Shown: positions 49,264-60,410 of the stretch, in pieces
Layout: each line of letters opens with the position of its first letter
Numbering within the stretch: the stretch's first letter is position 1
NCBI GenBank assembly: GCA_001508335.1
Contig: LGFX01000003.1
Location: 75,500-139,499, forward strand
Source of the DNA: a candidate division TA06 bacterium 32_111
GTDB taxonomy: Bacteria > Hydrothermota > 32-111
Length of the DNA stretch: 64,000 nucleotides
Direction: 5' to 3'
Position numbers and translations under genes: made by a program
Notes under the pieces: model-generated
The model's database searches: none
Told to the model about the DNA's origin: nothing
Seen by the model: the letters and a program-made list of their open reading frames with translations, nothing else

Positions 49264-49526
49264 GAAATAATTTTAATCTTAGCAATAAAAATTTCAACAT
49301 TTTTTTTTATATTCTTAACTATTTTGAATTGAAAAAGAATTTTAACTTAAAGAAACAATTTTGAAGTAAAAAAATTATTTTTTTAAAAGTTAACTGATAA
49401 AAGTTTTTCCTTTAGCAATTTTTTACATTGAAAACAGTTTTAATTGGGTTATATTACAAAATAGGGATAAAATTGATTTTTTAAACCTTTATGAGGTATC
49501 TCTATAAAAATTTAAAAGGAGGGAAA

Positions 49527-50942
49527 ATGAAAAAAGGAGCAATCATTACATTGCTGCTTTGTACTTTAGTAGTTTCACATTGTTTCTTTAATTCTTCAAA
49601 AGTAGAGTATGACTATCTTTTAAGTGTATATGAAGATATTATAATACCACCTTCTGGGACAGAGAATGGATGGATAACTATAATTGGTGGTAACCATACA
49701 GGTCAATACTATGTTTCGTGTGATGGTAATGATAGTAATCCTGGAACTTTAGATAAACCTTTTAAAACTATATCTTATGGTGTTTCAAAACTTCAACCTA
49801 AAGATACCCTTGTAATTTTTGCAAAAAATAGGGATGAAAGGCCTGTAATTGCAGGTGAGAACAACCTTATCTCTGCTTTTGATATTTCAAATTGCCAGTA
49901 TTTAAGAATTGAAAACCTTGAAATAACAAGTAACAATGGAAAAGAATTTCGTGAAGCGATTTCTGGGACTGGAGGTCCTGTTGCTCATATAATACTTAAA
50001 GATCTATATATACATCATATTGATGAATTTGCTATAGATATTGGGGATGCAAATGATTTGCAGTTAATAGATTGTAAGATTACCTATTGTGGATTTGGAT
50101 GTGTGGGAGGTCCCGAAGGAACCCAAGGTGGTCTGAGAAACGTTTTGATAAGTGGTTGCGATCTTTCATATAGTGGTCATTACTACCAAGGAGGTGATGG
50201 TTCAAATCGTCCCTATGATAGACCAGATGGATTTGGAATAGAAGCATCAGAAGGACCTATTGAAATAAAAAATACACAGGCAACACATAACTATGGAGAT
50301 GGTCTTGACTCAAAGGCAAAAAGGACATATATACACGAATGTATTGTAGCAAACAATTCCTGTGATGGGGTAAAATTATGGGGAGATTCTTCAAGGGTTG
50401 TAAACACATTAATATATGGAAGAGGTGATGGTAATTCAACAACAACTCCTTGGTCACCTATTGTGATAAGTACTGAAAATGAAAACTCCTATTTTGAGAT
50501 TATTAATTGCACCGTTGATGATTCTATAGGAGAAAATTATTTAATGCATGTTCAATATGATTTTTCAGATATCCCTGTTAATTTAAAAATAGTAAACACA
50601 ATATTCTCAAGTAGGGGAAACAATGCCCCTGTTATATGGATTTCAGAGAATGTAAATTATGAGATTACCTACAACCTTTTCTATGCTCCAAAAGATGATA
50701 GATTGTTGATACAGAGTGATACAACATACGCATCATCCCAGGTTGGTCAAATCGGAACAGGCAATATTTATGGAGACCCTTTATTTAACAATGTTGCCTG
50801 GGGAACTGATGGGAATTACCATTTGAAAAGCGGAAGTTTGGGTATTGATATGGGTTATTCTCTAAGTGCTCCAAGTATCGATCTTGAAGGGATATCAAGA
50901 CCCAAAGGAAATGGGGTAGATATAGGATGTTTTGAACAGTAG
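49527..50942 (+). CDS. Exported right-handed parallel beta-helix protein
   Basis: AGGAGGG RBS with ATG 49527 and signal peptide; YYVS..GNDSNPGT..KPFKTI; PbH-like repeats; C-terminal GDPLF...YHL...IDMG...DIGCFE. Confidence 0.8.
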   Translation: MKKGAIITLLLCTLVVSHCFFNSSKVEYDYLLSVYEDIIIPPSGTENGWITIIGGNHTGQYYVSCDGNDSNPGTLDKPFKTISYGVSKLQPKDTLVIFAKNRDERPVIAGENNLISAFDISNCQYLRIENLEITSNNGKEFREAISGTGGPVAHIILKDLYIHHIDEFAIDIGDANDLQLIDCKITYCGFGCVGGPEGTQGGLRNVLISGCDLSYSGHYYQGGDGSNRPYDRPDGFGIEASEGPIEIKNTQATHNYGDGLDSKAKRTYIHECIVANNSCDGVKLWGDSSRVVNTLIYGRGDGNSTTTPWSPIVISTENENSYFEIINCTVDDSIGENYLMHVQYDFSDIPVNLKIVNTIFSSRGNNAPVIWISENVNYEITYNLFYAPKDDRLLIQSDTTYASSQVGQIGTGNIYGDPLFNNVAWGTDGNYHLKSGSLGIDMGYSLSAPSIDLEGISRPKGNGVDIGCFEQ

Positions 50943-51040
50943 AAAAATTTTACATCATGTATATTTTCTAAAGTATTTTTAAAAAAACTTTAAAAATTTT
51001 AGATTCTTAAAATTATTATAATCCTTGTATTTGTCTAAAC

Positions 51041-51068
51041 TTGACATTATCAACTTATCAAGTATAAT
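51041..51068 (+). promoter_or_regulatory. Promoter of the V-type ATPase operon
   Basis: Consensus TTGACA (51041-51046), 16 nt, TATAAT (51063-51068). Confidence 0.8.
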
Positions 51069-51093
51069 TTTATTTTTTAAAAAAGGAGATTTT

Positions 51094-51405
51094 GTGGTTG
51101 AATCAATTATAAAATCGATAAAAGAATCGGAAGATAAAGCAAAAGAGATCGTTGATCTCGCTAAAAAGGAAAAATCAGAAATAATCTCAAAAAGTGAAGT
51201 AGAAGCAAAAAATATTTTACTTGATGCAGAGAAAGAAGGTAAAAAGATTATTGATAAGGCTAAAGAAGAAGCGGTAAAGGATGCCCAAAAGAAAGTTGAC
51301 CAGATAAAAAAAGATTATGAAAAAATTATCAAAGAGATAGATAAAAAAGCAGAGTCCAAAAAGGAAAAAGTTTTAAAAGAACTTGTTAAGGAGTTTTTAA
51401 ACTAA
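51094..51405 (+). CDS. V/A-type ATPase peripheral stalk subunit G/H
   Basis: AAGGAG then GTG at 51094; charged coiled coil; first gene of the operon. Confidence 0.8.
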   Translation: MVESIIKSIKESEDKAKEIVDLAKKEKSEIISKSEVEAKNILLDAEKEGKKIIDKAKEEAVKDAQKKVDQIKKDYEKIIKEIDKKAESKKEKVLKELVKEFLN

Positions 51406-53399
51406 TGGCTGTAGCAAAACTGAAAAAAATTCTCCTTGTAACACATAAAGATAGTGAAAAGGAAATTCTTGAAAGGTTAAAGACTAAATTTTTCGTTGAG
51501 ATCCGTCCATTCACTCTAAATGTTGAAAATGATGTAGATATAAAAGCAAAAAAATTTAATGAAAATGTAAAAATACTTGAAAACTCTCTTGAGGTTATAA
51601 ACAAATACAAAGGTATTTTCAAATACCTTGCAAAACAGGGGAAGGTTGTAGTTAAAAGGAGTGAGTATTTACAGATTTCGAAAAATGAAAAGATACTTGA
51701 TATAGCAAAAGATATAGTTGATACAGATAAAAAAATCGAAGAGATAAATTCAAAGATAAAAAATCTAAAGAGTGAAATAAACCATCTTGCAGTTTGGAAT
51801 GTTTTTACTGGAAAACTTGAAGATTTAAAAGATTTTGGAAATTATACACTCCTTCTTGGAAAGATAAATTTAAAGAATATAAAAAAAGAGGAATTTGAAA
51901 AGAGTTTTGAAGGGAAGAATTTATCTGTTGAAGAGTTAAACACTGATGGAGATTTTGCATACTATATTATAGGTTATCTTAACTCTGAAAAGGAAAGTGT
52001 TGAGGAGTTGCTTTTAAAGTCAGCCTTTGAAAATGCTATCTTTGAAAACATGAGTGGAACCATAGAGGAGAATATCCTTTTGAAAAGGGATCAGATAAAA
52101 CATACTGAAAATGATAAGAAAAAATTATCAGAAAAGATAAAAATTTTGATGGAAAAGTATGAAAAGGAGATTACCGTATATTTAGAGTACTCTTTAGAGC
52201 AGGAAAAGATCTACGATATATTTTCAAATTCTTATAAAACAGAGAAGACATCCTTCTACACTCTATGGATAAAACAGGAAGATTTTGAAAAGATAAAAGG
52301 GTTGAAAGATGATTTTAAGTATGTTGAAATTTTTGAAATTGAACTTGAAGAAGGTGAAGAGCCACCTATAATACTTGAAAACAAAAAAGTTCTGAAACCT
52401 TTTGAAATGGTAACATCAATGTTCGGTGTTCCAAGATATTATGAGATAGACCCAACACCTTTTATAGGTGTTTTCTTTGGATTGTTCTTTGGTCTATGTA
52501 TAACCGATGCAATATACGGTTTGATACTTATGATTTTGACTTTGATACTTCTAATAAAGATTCCAAAAACAAGAGGTGGTCTTATACAACTTATGTTTTA
52601 CGGAGGTTTCTGGACATTTATTATGGGAGCGCTTTTCTCCGGTTGGTTTGGAGATCTTCCAAATTATATAAATCTTGGAAAGTACACTTCAAAAATCGCT
52701 CTTCTTGGAGATCCTGTAAACACCTTTGAGGGTGCTATGAACTTTTTTAGATTATCTTTACTTCTCGGGGTTTTCCACATAATGTTTGGACTTTCGATAA
52801 AATTTTTCGACAACATTTTCAAAAAGGATTATCAAACCGCATTCTTTGATAGTTTTGTATGGATAACATATATAGGTTCTGTTATTCTTATGTTTCTTGG
52901 AACGGAGATGGCTGTTAGCATGGATTTAGTAAAAAAGCCTCTTGTTTCTATGGGTGTTGTTAAAGTACTTGGTTTCGTAACGTTGATCTCCGCTTTAACC
53001 ATAATTATCTTCTCCAACAGAAACGAAAAAAGTTGGTTTATGAGAATATTTATGGGAATTTTGAACGCAACTATAGTTGGAGGTCTTTCATCCTATGTTG
53101 GAGATATACTCTCATACATAAGGTTGATGGCTTTAGGTCTTACCAGTGCTGGAATAGGTGTTGCTATAAACAAGATAGCATTCTCAATGACCGAAATAAA
53201 ATTTCTAGGACCAATTTTAACTGTAATAGTTTTACTTTTTGGACACCTTTTTAATCTTGCTATAAACCTTTTGGGTGGTTTTGTTCACACCTTAAGGTTA
53301 CATTTTGTTGAGTTCTTCAACAAATTTTATAGTGGTGGCGGAATACCTTTCAGAGAGTTCAAGGAAGAATACAAATATATAACAATAATTGAGGATTAA
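51405..53399 (+). CDS. ntpI: V/A-type ATPase subunit I (a)
   Basis: PRYYEIDPTP, DILSYIRLMALGL, HTLRLHFVEFF. Confidence 0.96.
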   Translation: MAVAKLKKILLVTHKDSEKEILERLKTKFFVEIRPFTLNVENDVDIKAKKFNENVKILENSLEVINKYKGIFKYLAKQGKVVVKRSEYLQISKNEKILDIAKDIVDTDKKIEEINSKIKNLKSEINHLAVWNVFTGKLEDLKDFGNYTLLLGKINLKNIKKEEFEKSFEGKNLSVEELNTDGDFAYYIIGYLNSEKESVEELLLKSAFENAIFENMSGTIEENILLKRDQIKHTENDKKKLSEKIKILMEKYEKEITVYLEYSLEQEKIYDIFSNSYKTEKTSFYTLWIKQEDFEKIKGLKDDFKYVEIFEIELEEGEEPPIILENKKVLKPFEMVTSMFGVPRYYEIDPTPFIGVFFGLFFGLCITDAIYGLILMILTLILLIKIPKTRGGLIQLMFYGGFWTFIMGALFSGWFGDLPNYINLGKYTSKIALLGDPVNTFEGAMNFFRLSLLLGVFHIMFGLSIKFFDNIFKKDYQTAFFDSFVWITYIGSVILMFLGTEMAVSMDLVKKPLVSMGVVKVLGFVTLISALTIIIFSNRNEKSWFMRIFMGILNATIVGGLSSYVGDILSYIRLMALGLTSAGIGVAINKIAFSMTEIKFLGPILTVIVLLFGHLFNLAINLLGGFVHTLRLHFVEFFNKFYSGGGIPFREFKEEYKYITIIED

Positions 53400-53405
53400 G
53401 GAGGA

Positions 53406-53951
53406 ATGATGAATAACTTTGTTTTGTTACAATCACTTTTCACTCAGGTTGATACCACAGGTGTTGTTAACACTGCGACAGAAGTTGTAAAATCTTCTCC
53501 ATGGGGATTCATATTTGCTCTGCTCGGTGCAGCGATAGCTGCTCTACTTGGAGGTATAGGTTCTGTTTTTGGAATCAGTTATCCAGCAAAAGCTGCAGAT
53601 GGAGTTCTTTCCGAATCACCAGAAAAATTTGGTGCATTGTTCTTGCTCGTCGCTCTTCCCGGAACACAGGGTTTCTATGGATTCGTTGGAGCATTTTTGA
53701 TTCTTGGAAAGTTAACGATGGTTACAACATTCAATCAGGGTCTTTCTCTGTTTATAGCAGCATTACCTGTTGCGGTAGCAGGTTTGATTTCTGCAATATA
53801 TCAGGGAAAAACATGCGCTGCTGGTGTTGCACTTGTTGCAAAAAGAGCTGATCAGTCAATGAAAGGTGTAATAAATGCTGCTTTGATAGAAACATACGCT
53901 GTTTTAGGACTACTTGTTTCATTCTTCTTAATTAACGCAGTAAAACTATAA
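53406..53951 (+). CDS. ntpK: V/A-type ATPase subunit K (c), four-TM, Na+-type signature
   Basis: LPGTQGFYG, IYQGK, IETYA. Confidence 0.95.
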   Translation: MMNNFVLLQSLFTQVDTTGVVNTATEVVKSSPWGFIFALLGAAIAALLGGIGSVFGISYPAKAADGVLSESPEKFGALFLLVALPGTQGFYGFVGAFLILGKLTMVTTFNQGLSLFIAALPVAVAGLISAIYQGKTCAAGVALVAKRADQSMKGVINAALIETYAVLGLLVSFFLINAVKL

Positions 53952-53959
53952 GAGGAATT

Positions 53960-54541
53960 ATGGCTCAGTTAGATAACCTTTCCAAAAAGATTGTTGATGA
54001 TGCTTTGAATGAAAAGGAAAAGATTTTGAATGAAGCGAAAGAGGAGAGAGAAAAGATTTTAAATGACGCTAAAGAGAAAGCAAAAAAGATTTTAGAAAGT
54101 TATAAGGTTAAATCTGAACAGGTTTATAAGGAAACCTTTTCAAACACCTTCTATACTGGAGAATCTCTTTTGAAACAAGAAATTTTAAAAAGGAAAAAAG
54201 AGCATATAGAGGACATACTTTCAAAGTTGAAAGAAGAGATAAAAAATCTTGATGAGAAGAGATTTAAGGAGTTTGTAAAAAGGTCTTTTCAGAAAGAGAA
54301 GATAGTGGATGGAGAGTTTATAATCGGGAAGGAAGAAAATAGGATAGATGAAAAGTTTATAACAAAAGAGTTATCAAAGAAACTAAAAAAATCTTCCTTA
54401 GAGCCAGATTTTGAAAAAGGTCTGAAAATAGTTTCAAACAAAACAGTATTTATAATCTCTCCAGAGGATGAGTTTGACTTTCTCTATGATGAACTCTACC
54501 TTAAAACTAACAGGAAACTTTTTGAAGAGGAGAATATTTGA
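53960..54541 (+). CDS. ntpE: V/A-type ATPase subunit E
   Basis: Coiled-coil N-terminus, size and operon position. Confidence 0.8.
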   Translation: MAQLDNLSKKIVDDALNEKEKILNEAKEEREKILNDAKEKAKKILESYKVKSEQVYKETFSNTFYTGESLLKQEILKRKKEHIEDILSKLKEEIKNLDEKRFKEFVKRSFQKEKIVDGEFIIGKEENRIDEKFITKELSKKLKKSSLEPDFEKGLKIVSNKTVFIISPEDEFDFLYDELYLKTNRKLFEEENI

Positions 54542-55557
54542 ACTCTTTTGAAGTGAAATTGAAAGAAAATACCGAATACCTTTTCAGTTTTGGTGAACTT
54601 GTTCAGAGGGAGAGAGAGTTTCTTTCTAAGGATCAATTTGAAAGGCTGATAACCTCAAACTCTTTCGATGAGTTTGTTAAAAATCTTTCCGAAACATACT
54701 ATTCTGTATATACTGAAGATCTAAAAAAACAGAAGGATTTTTCTTTTGTTATGGAGAAGGAAAATTTTTTAACCATAGATTACCTTCAGAAGAATCTTCT
54801 CGAGAAGGATAGAAAACTGATAAACTTCCTTACACTCGATAGGGATATTCACAATGTGAAAGTTGTTGTTAAATCAACGATACTTGGGAAAGACCTAAAA
54901 GAAATTTTTTTACATTCTACCTACTCTTATGAAAGTTTAAAAGAATCTTATGAATCTGGAAATTTTGAAAAACTTGAAGGGAACATAAAAGATGTTCTTG
55001 AATATGCCTACTTTCTGAAACCGGAAAAAGAAAATTTAAGGATAGTTGAGTTGAAACTTGAACAGTTATTTTTTAAAAAACTTCTAAAATATATCAGTTT
55101 ATCAGGTTCAGAACTTCTTTTGAAACTTTTCAGACACAGGGTTGATATGTTGAACATAAAGAATGTTTACAGGGTAAAGATATCTTCCATGAATATAAAA
55201 TCAAAAGATTTTATCTATCCTGAAGGTTATTTGCCTCTTGAATTTTTTGAAGAGTTTGATGATGAGAACCTTGATTATTTTGCAAGTGAACTTGAGAAGA
55301 GTATTTATGTCAGGATGATAATGGAAGGAGCTTTTCTGGCTTTCTCAGAAAAAACTTTCACGTCCTTTGAAAAGAATGAAGAGAAGTTCGTTTTGGATTT
55401 CCTTTCAAAATCTGAAGAGTTTTTACCAACACTTGAAAGGATACTTTTCTTTTTCATAAAAAAAAGGTTCGAAACAAGATCTTTAAACATAATTTTTACA
55501 GGTGTTGTTAACAATATCCCTAAGGATAAGATACGAAACAGGATACCACAATTATGA
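54538..55557 (+). CDS. ntpC: V/A-type ATPase subunit C
   Basis: LSETYY, DIHNVK, VDMLNIK; operon position. Confidence 0.85.
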   Translation: MNSFEVKLKENTEYLFSFGELVQREREFLSKDQFERLITSNSFDEFVKNLSETYYSVYTEDLKKQKDFSFVMEKENFLTIDYLQKNLLEKDRKLINFLTLDRDIHNVKVVVKSTILGKDLKEIFLHSTYSYESLKESYESGNFEKLEGNIKDVLEYAYFLKPEKENLRIVELKLEQLFFKKLLKYISLSGSELLLKLFRHRVDMLNIKNVYRVKISSMNIKSKDFIYPEGYLPLEFFEEFDDENLDYFASELEKSIYVRMIMEGAFLAFSEKTFTSFEKNEEKFVLDFLSKSEEFLPTLERILFFFIKKRFETRSLNIIFTGVVNNIPKDKIRNRIPQL

Positions 55558-55877
55558 ATAAAGCTAAAATTGGAGCAATAGGTGAAAATGATGTAATGCT
55601 TATCTTCAAAGCCATAGGTGTTGATGTTTTCCCTGTTGAAAAGGTTGATCAGGCTAGTGAAATTTTAAATAAACTCGTAAAATCTGGCTATGGGATAATC
55701 TTTATTACAGAATCCCTTGCCAAGAATCTTGATGAACAGATAAAAAAATATCTCTCTTTACCTTTACCATCAATAGTTGTTCTTCCAGGTCTTAAAGAGA
55801 GAAACGATTACGCTATAGAACTTTTGAGAAAATCGATAATAAAGGCTGTTGGTGTAGATGTGATGAAAGAAAAATAA
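55554..55877 (+). CDS. V/A-type ATPase subunit F
   Basis: IGAIGE, FKAIGVD, YGIIFITE, IKAVGVD. Confidence 0.92.
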   Translation: MNKAKIGAIGENDVMLIFKAIGVDVFPVEKVDQASEILNKLVKSGYGIIFITESLAKNLDEQIKKYLSLPLPSIVVLPGLKERNDYAIELLRKSIIKAVGVDVMKEK

Positions 55878-55887
55878 TGGAGTTTTT

Positions 55888-57648
<1,761 letters not shown>

Positions 57649-57658
57649 AGGAGTTTGA

Positions 57659-59035
57659 ATGATAAAGGAATACAAAGGTCTTGTTAACATAATGGGTCCA
57701 CTTATCCTTGTTGAGGGAGTGAGTGGTGTGAAATATGAAGAACTTGTGGAGATAGAACTGCCTGATGGAAGCAAGAAGAATGGAAAAGTCCTTGAGGTCA
57801 ATCAGGATAAGGCACTTGTTCAGGTTTTTGAAGGTACTACAGGTATAGATATTGATAAGACGAGAACAAGATTTCTTGGACATGGTATAAATATAGGTGT
57901 CTCGAAGGATATGCTTGGAAAAGTTTACAATGGTCTTGGAAAACCAAAAACTGAAAATGATAGGATAATACCTGAAGAGAACCTTGATATAAATGGAGCA
58001 CCTATAAATCCTTTTGCAAGAGATTATCCAAACGAGTTCATCCAAACAGGTATCTCAACAATAGATGGTTTGAACACTCTCGTAAGGGGACAAAAACTAC
58101 CAATATTTTCAGGAAGCGGATTACCACATAACAAGATGGCTGCACAGATTGCAAGACAGGCTACAGTTCTTGGAAAGGACGAGCAGTTTGCTGTTGTTTT
58201 TGGAGCTATGGGTATAACTTTTGAGGAAGCACAATTTTTTATAGATGATTTTAAAAAGACAGGTGCTATAACAAGAGCTGTTCTATTTTTAAACCTTGCC
58301 GACGACCCTGCAATTGAAAGAATTGCAACCCCAAGAGTTGCTCTGACAACCGCAGAGTTTTTAGCATTCAAACATGATATGCATGTTCTTGTAATTTTAA
58401 CGGATATGACAAACTATTGTGAAGCGTTAAGAGAGATTTCTGCAGCAAGAAAAGAGGTTCCAGGAAGAAGAGGTTATCCTGGATACCTTTACACAGATCT
58501 TTCAACGATATACGAAAGAGCGGGAAGGATAAAAGGAAAGAAAGGATCTATAACCCTTATTCCAATATTGACTATGCCTGAAGATGATAAAACACATCCT
58601 ATACCAGACCTTACAGGTTATATTACAGAAGGACAAATAATACTTTCAAGATCTTTGAATAGAAAAAAGATCTCTCCACCAGTTGATATTCTACCTTCGC
58701 TTTCAAGGTTGAAAGATAAAGGTATCGGAAAGGGAAAAACTAGAGAAGATCATGCCGATCTTTTCAACCAGTTATACGCTTCCTATGCGAGAGGAAAAGA
58801 GGCTGAGGAACTTGCTGTTATTCTTGGAGAGAGTGCTTTGACAGATATGGATAAAGTTTATTTAAAATTCGCTCAGGATTTTGAAGATCAGTATATCTCT
58901 CAGGGAGATTATGAAAACAGAACTATAGAACAGACACTTAACCTTGGATGGAAACTCCTATCAATCTTCCCGAAAGAGGAGTTGAAAAGAATTAGAGACG
59001 AAAACATTGAAAAATACTATAAAAAGGTTGAATGA
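57659..59035 (+). CDS. ntpB: V/A-type ATPase subunit B
   Basis: [45 protein letters not shown]. Confidence 0.98.
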   Translation: MIKEYKGLVNIMGPLILVEGVSGVKYEELVEIELPDGSKKNGKVLEVNQDKALVQVFEGTTGIDIDKTRTRFLGHGINIGVSKDMLGKVYNGLGKPKTENDRIIPEENLDINGAPINPFARDYPNEFIQTGISTIDGLNTLVRGQKLPIFSGSGLPHNKMAAQIARQATVLGKDEQFAVVFGAMGITFEEAQFFIDDFKKTGAITRAVLFLNLADDPAIERIATPRVALTTAEFLAFKHDMHVLVILTDMTNYCEALREISAARKEVPGRRGYPGYLYTDLSTIYERAGRIKGKKGSITLIPILTMPEDDKTHPIPDLTGYITEGQIILSRSLNRKKISPPVDILPSLSRLKDKGIGKGKTREDHADLFNQLYASYARGKEAEELAVILGESALTDMDKVYLKFAQDFEDQYISQGDYENRTIEQTLNLGWKLLSIFPKEELKRIRDENIEKYYKKVE

Positions 59036-59655
59036 TGATAATGAATATCAATGCGACTCGAATGGAGTTGCAAAAACTCAAAAAAAGAGTAAAGATTGCC
59101 AGAAGAGGGCATAAACTTTTGAAGGATAAACAGGACGAGTTGATGAGACAGATGCTCTCTCAAATAGATGAAGTTAAATCAAAAAGAATAGAGATAGAAA
59201 AAGAGTTCCAGTCGATTTTACAATCTTTTGTTCTTGCTCAAAGTGAACTTGGAAAGGAACAGATGGAAGAATCTTTGTCTCTCCCAACGAAGGAGGTTTC
59301 TGTTCTTGTTGAAACTAAAAGTTTGATGTCCGTAAAGATTCCAGAGTTTAAAAAAGAGGTATCTGGAGATATTATCTGTTATGGATTTTTGAACACATCT
59401 GGAGAGATGGATTTTGCACTATTGAAATTTGAAAAGTTCCTTGACACTTTGATCAACCTTGCCCAGATGGAAAAGAAAGTTCAACTTCTCGCTGATGAGA
59501 TAGATAAAACAAGAAGAAGAGTTAACGCTTTGGAGTATAAACTTATACCTACACTTGAAGATACGATAAAATATATAACAATGAAACTTGCAGAGATAGA
59601 AAGATCCAACCTTACAAGGTTGATGAAAGTTAAAGATATTGTTAGAAAGCACTAA
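59032..59655 (+). CDS. ntpD: V/A-type ATPase subunit D
   Basis: [26 protein letters not shown]. Confidence 0.97.
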   Translation: MMIMNINATRMELQKLKKRVKIARRGHKLLKDKQDELMRQMLSQIDEVKSKRIEIEKEFQSILQSFVLAQSELGKEQMEESLSLPTKEVSVLVETKSLMSVKIPEFKKEVSGDIICYGFLNTSGEMDFALLKFEKFLDTLINLAQMEKKVQLLADEIDKTRRRVNALEYKLIPTLEDTIKYITMKLAEIERSNLTRLMKVKDIVRKH

Positions 59656-59665
59656 AGGAGGAAGG

Positions 59666-60130
59666 ATGAAGAAAATATTTTTTGCAATTTTGATAACCCT
59701 TTTGATAATTTCCTGTACACCAACAGATAATGCTAAAGATATAGGAAAAAGGGAGATGAAAGAAGAGGTTAATCCAAAAAGTTCATTCACTCCCCCTGCT
59801 GATGGAAAAATAACTGAAGAGCAGATTGGAAAATATATAAATGTAGCTAAAGAGTTGACAACCGAAATTGAGAATATGAGTAAAAAAGTTGAAGAATTCA
59901 AGAAGAAATATAACCTTACAGAAGATGATATGGAAAATCTTGACAAAAAAGATGAAAAGATAAGAAAAGAGTTTGAAAGTATAAAAAGTAATTGGGAAAA
60001 TATAGAACAAAGTATATACAAAAAATACAACATTTCACAAGATGAATTCGAATGGATTGCAGCAGCACTTACAGATTCTGTTAATAGCGAAATACAAAAA
60101 AGAGTTGAAAAGGAACTTTCGGTAAAATAG
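59666..60130 (+). CDS. Uncharacterised helical lipoprotein
   Basis: AGGAGG then ATG 59666; lipobox LIISC; FTPPADGKITEEQI...EFEWI. Confidence 0.7.
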   Translation: MKKIFFAILITLLIISCTPTDNAKDIGKREMKEEVNPKSSFTPPADGKITEEQIGKYINVAKELTTEIENMSKKVEEFKKKYNLTEDDMENLDKKDEKIRKEFESIKSNWENIEQSIYKKYNISQDEFEWIAAALTDSVNSEIQKRVEKELSVK

Positions 60131-60320
60131 TTTTAATAAAAGTAAAAGATTGTTGTTTGCTGTAAAATTTTTTGATTTTTTAAAAATTCTTTAGGGAATA
60201 TTGATGAGGGAAAGATTTGATGGAAGGTAGAATTGAAAACAAACTTTCCATAAACTTTTATATTTTATTTGAATTGGTTTTAAAAAGATTTTTTGCTTTT
60301 TCTAAAATCTTTTTTACTTT

Positions 60321-60351
60321 TAAAAATGTCACACTGTCAAGCACCGTCCCC
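60321..60351 (-). repeat. 31-bp dispersed repeat, copy 2 (inverted relative to copy 1)
   Basis: TAAAAATGTCACACTGTCAAGCACCGTCCCC is the reverse complement of 36681-36711. Confidence 0.95.
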
Positions 60352-60361
60352 CAAAAAAATA

Positions 60362-60389
60362 TTGATTTAAGGGAAAATTTTGGTAATAT
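60362..60389 (+). promoter_or_regulatory. Promoter of the helicase/methyltransferase locus
   Basis: TTGATT, 16 nt, extended -10 TGgTAATAT; AGGAGG before GTG 60411. Confidence 0.55.
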
Positions 60390-60410
60390 CTTTTTTATTA
60401 GGAGGAGAAA

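Noticed and set aside
51025..51093. N-terminal extension of the first ATPase ORF in the track
   Set aside because: It overlaps the consensus promoter; GTG 51094 with AAGGAG is the better start
59419..60033. 204-aa minus-strand ORF and the many similar short antisense or overlapping ORFs in the track
   Set aside because: Shadows of well-supported genes; F/S/I/L-rich, without recognisable motifs
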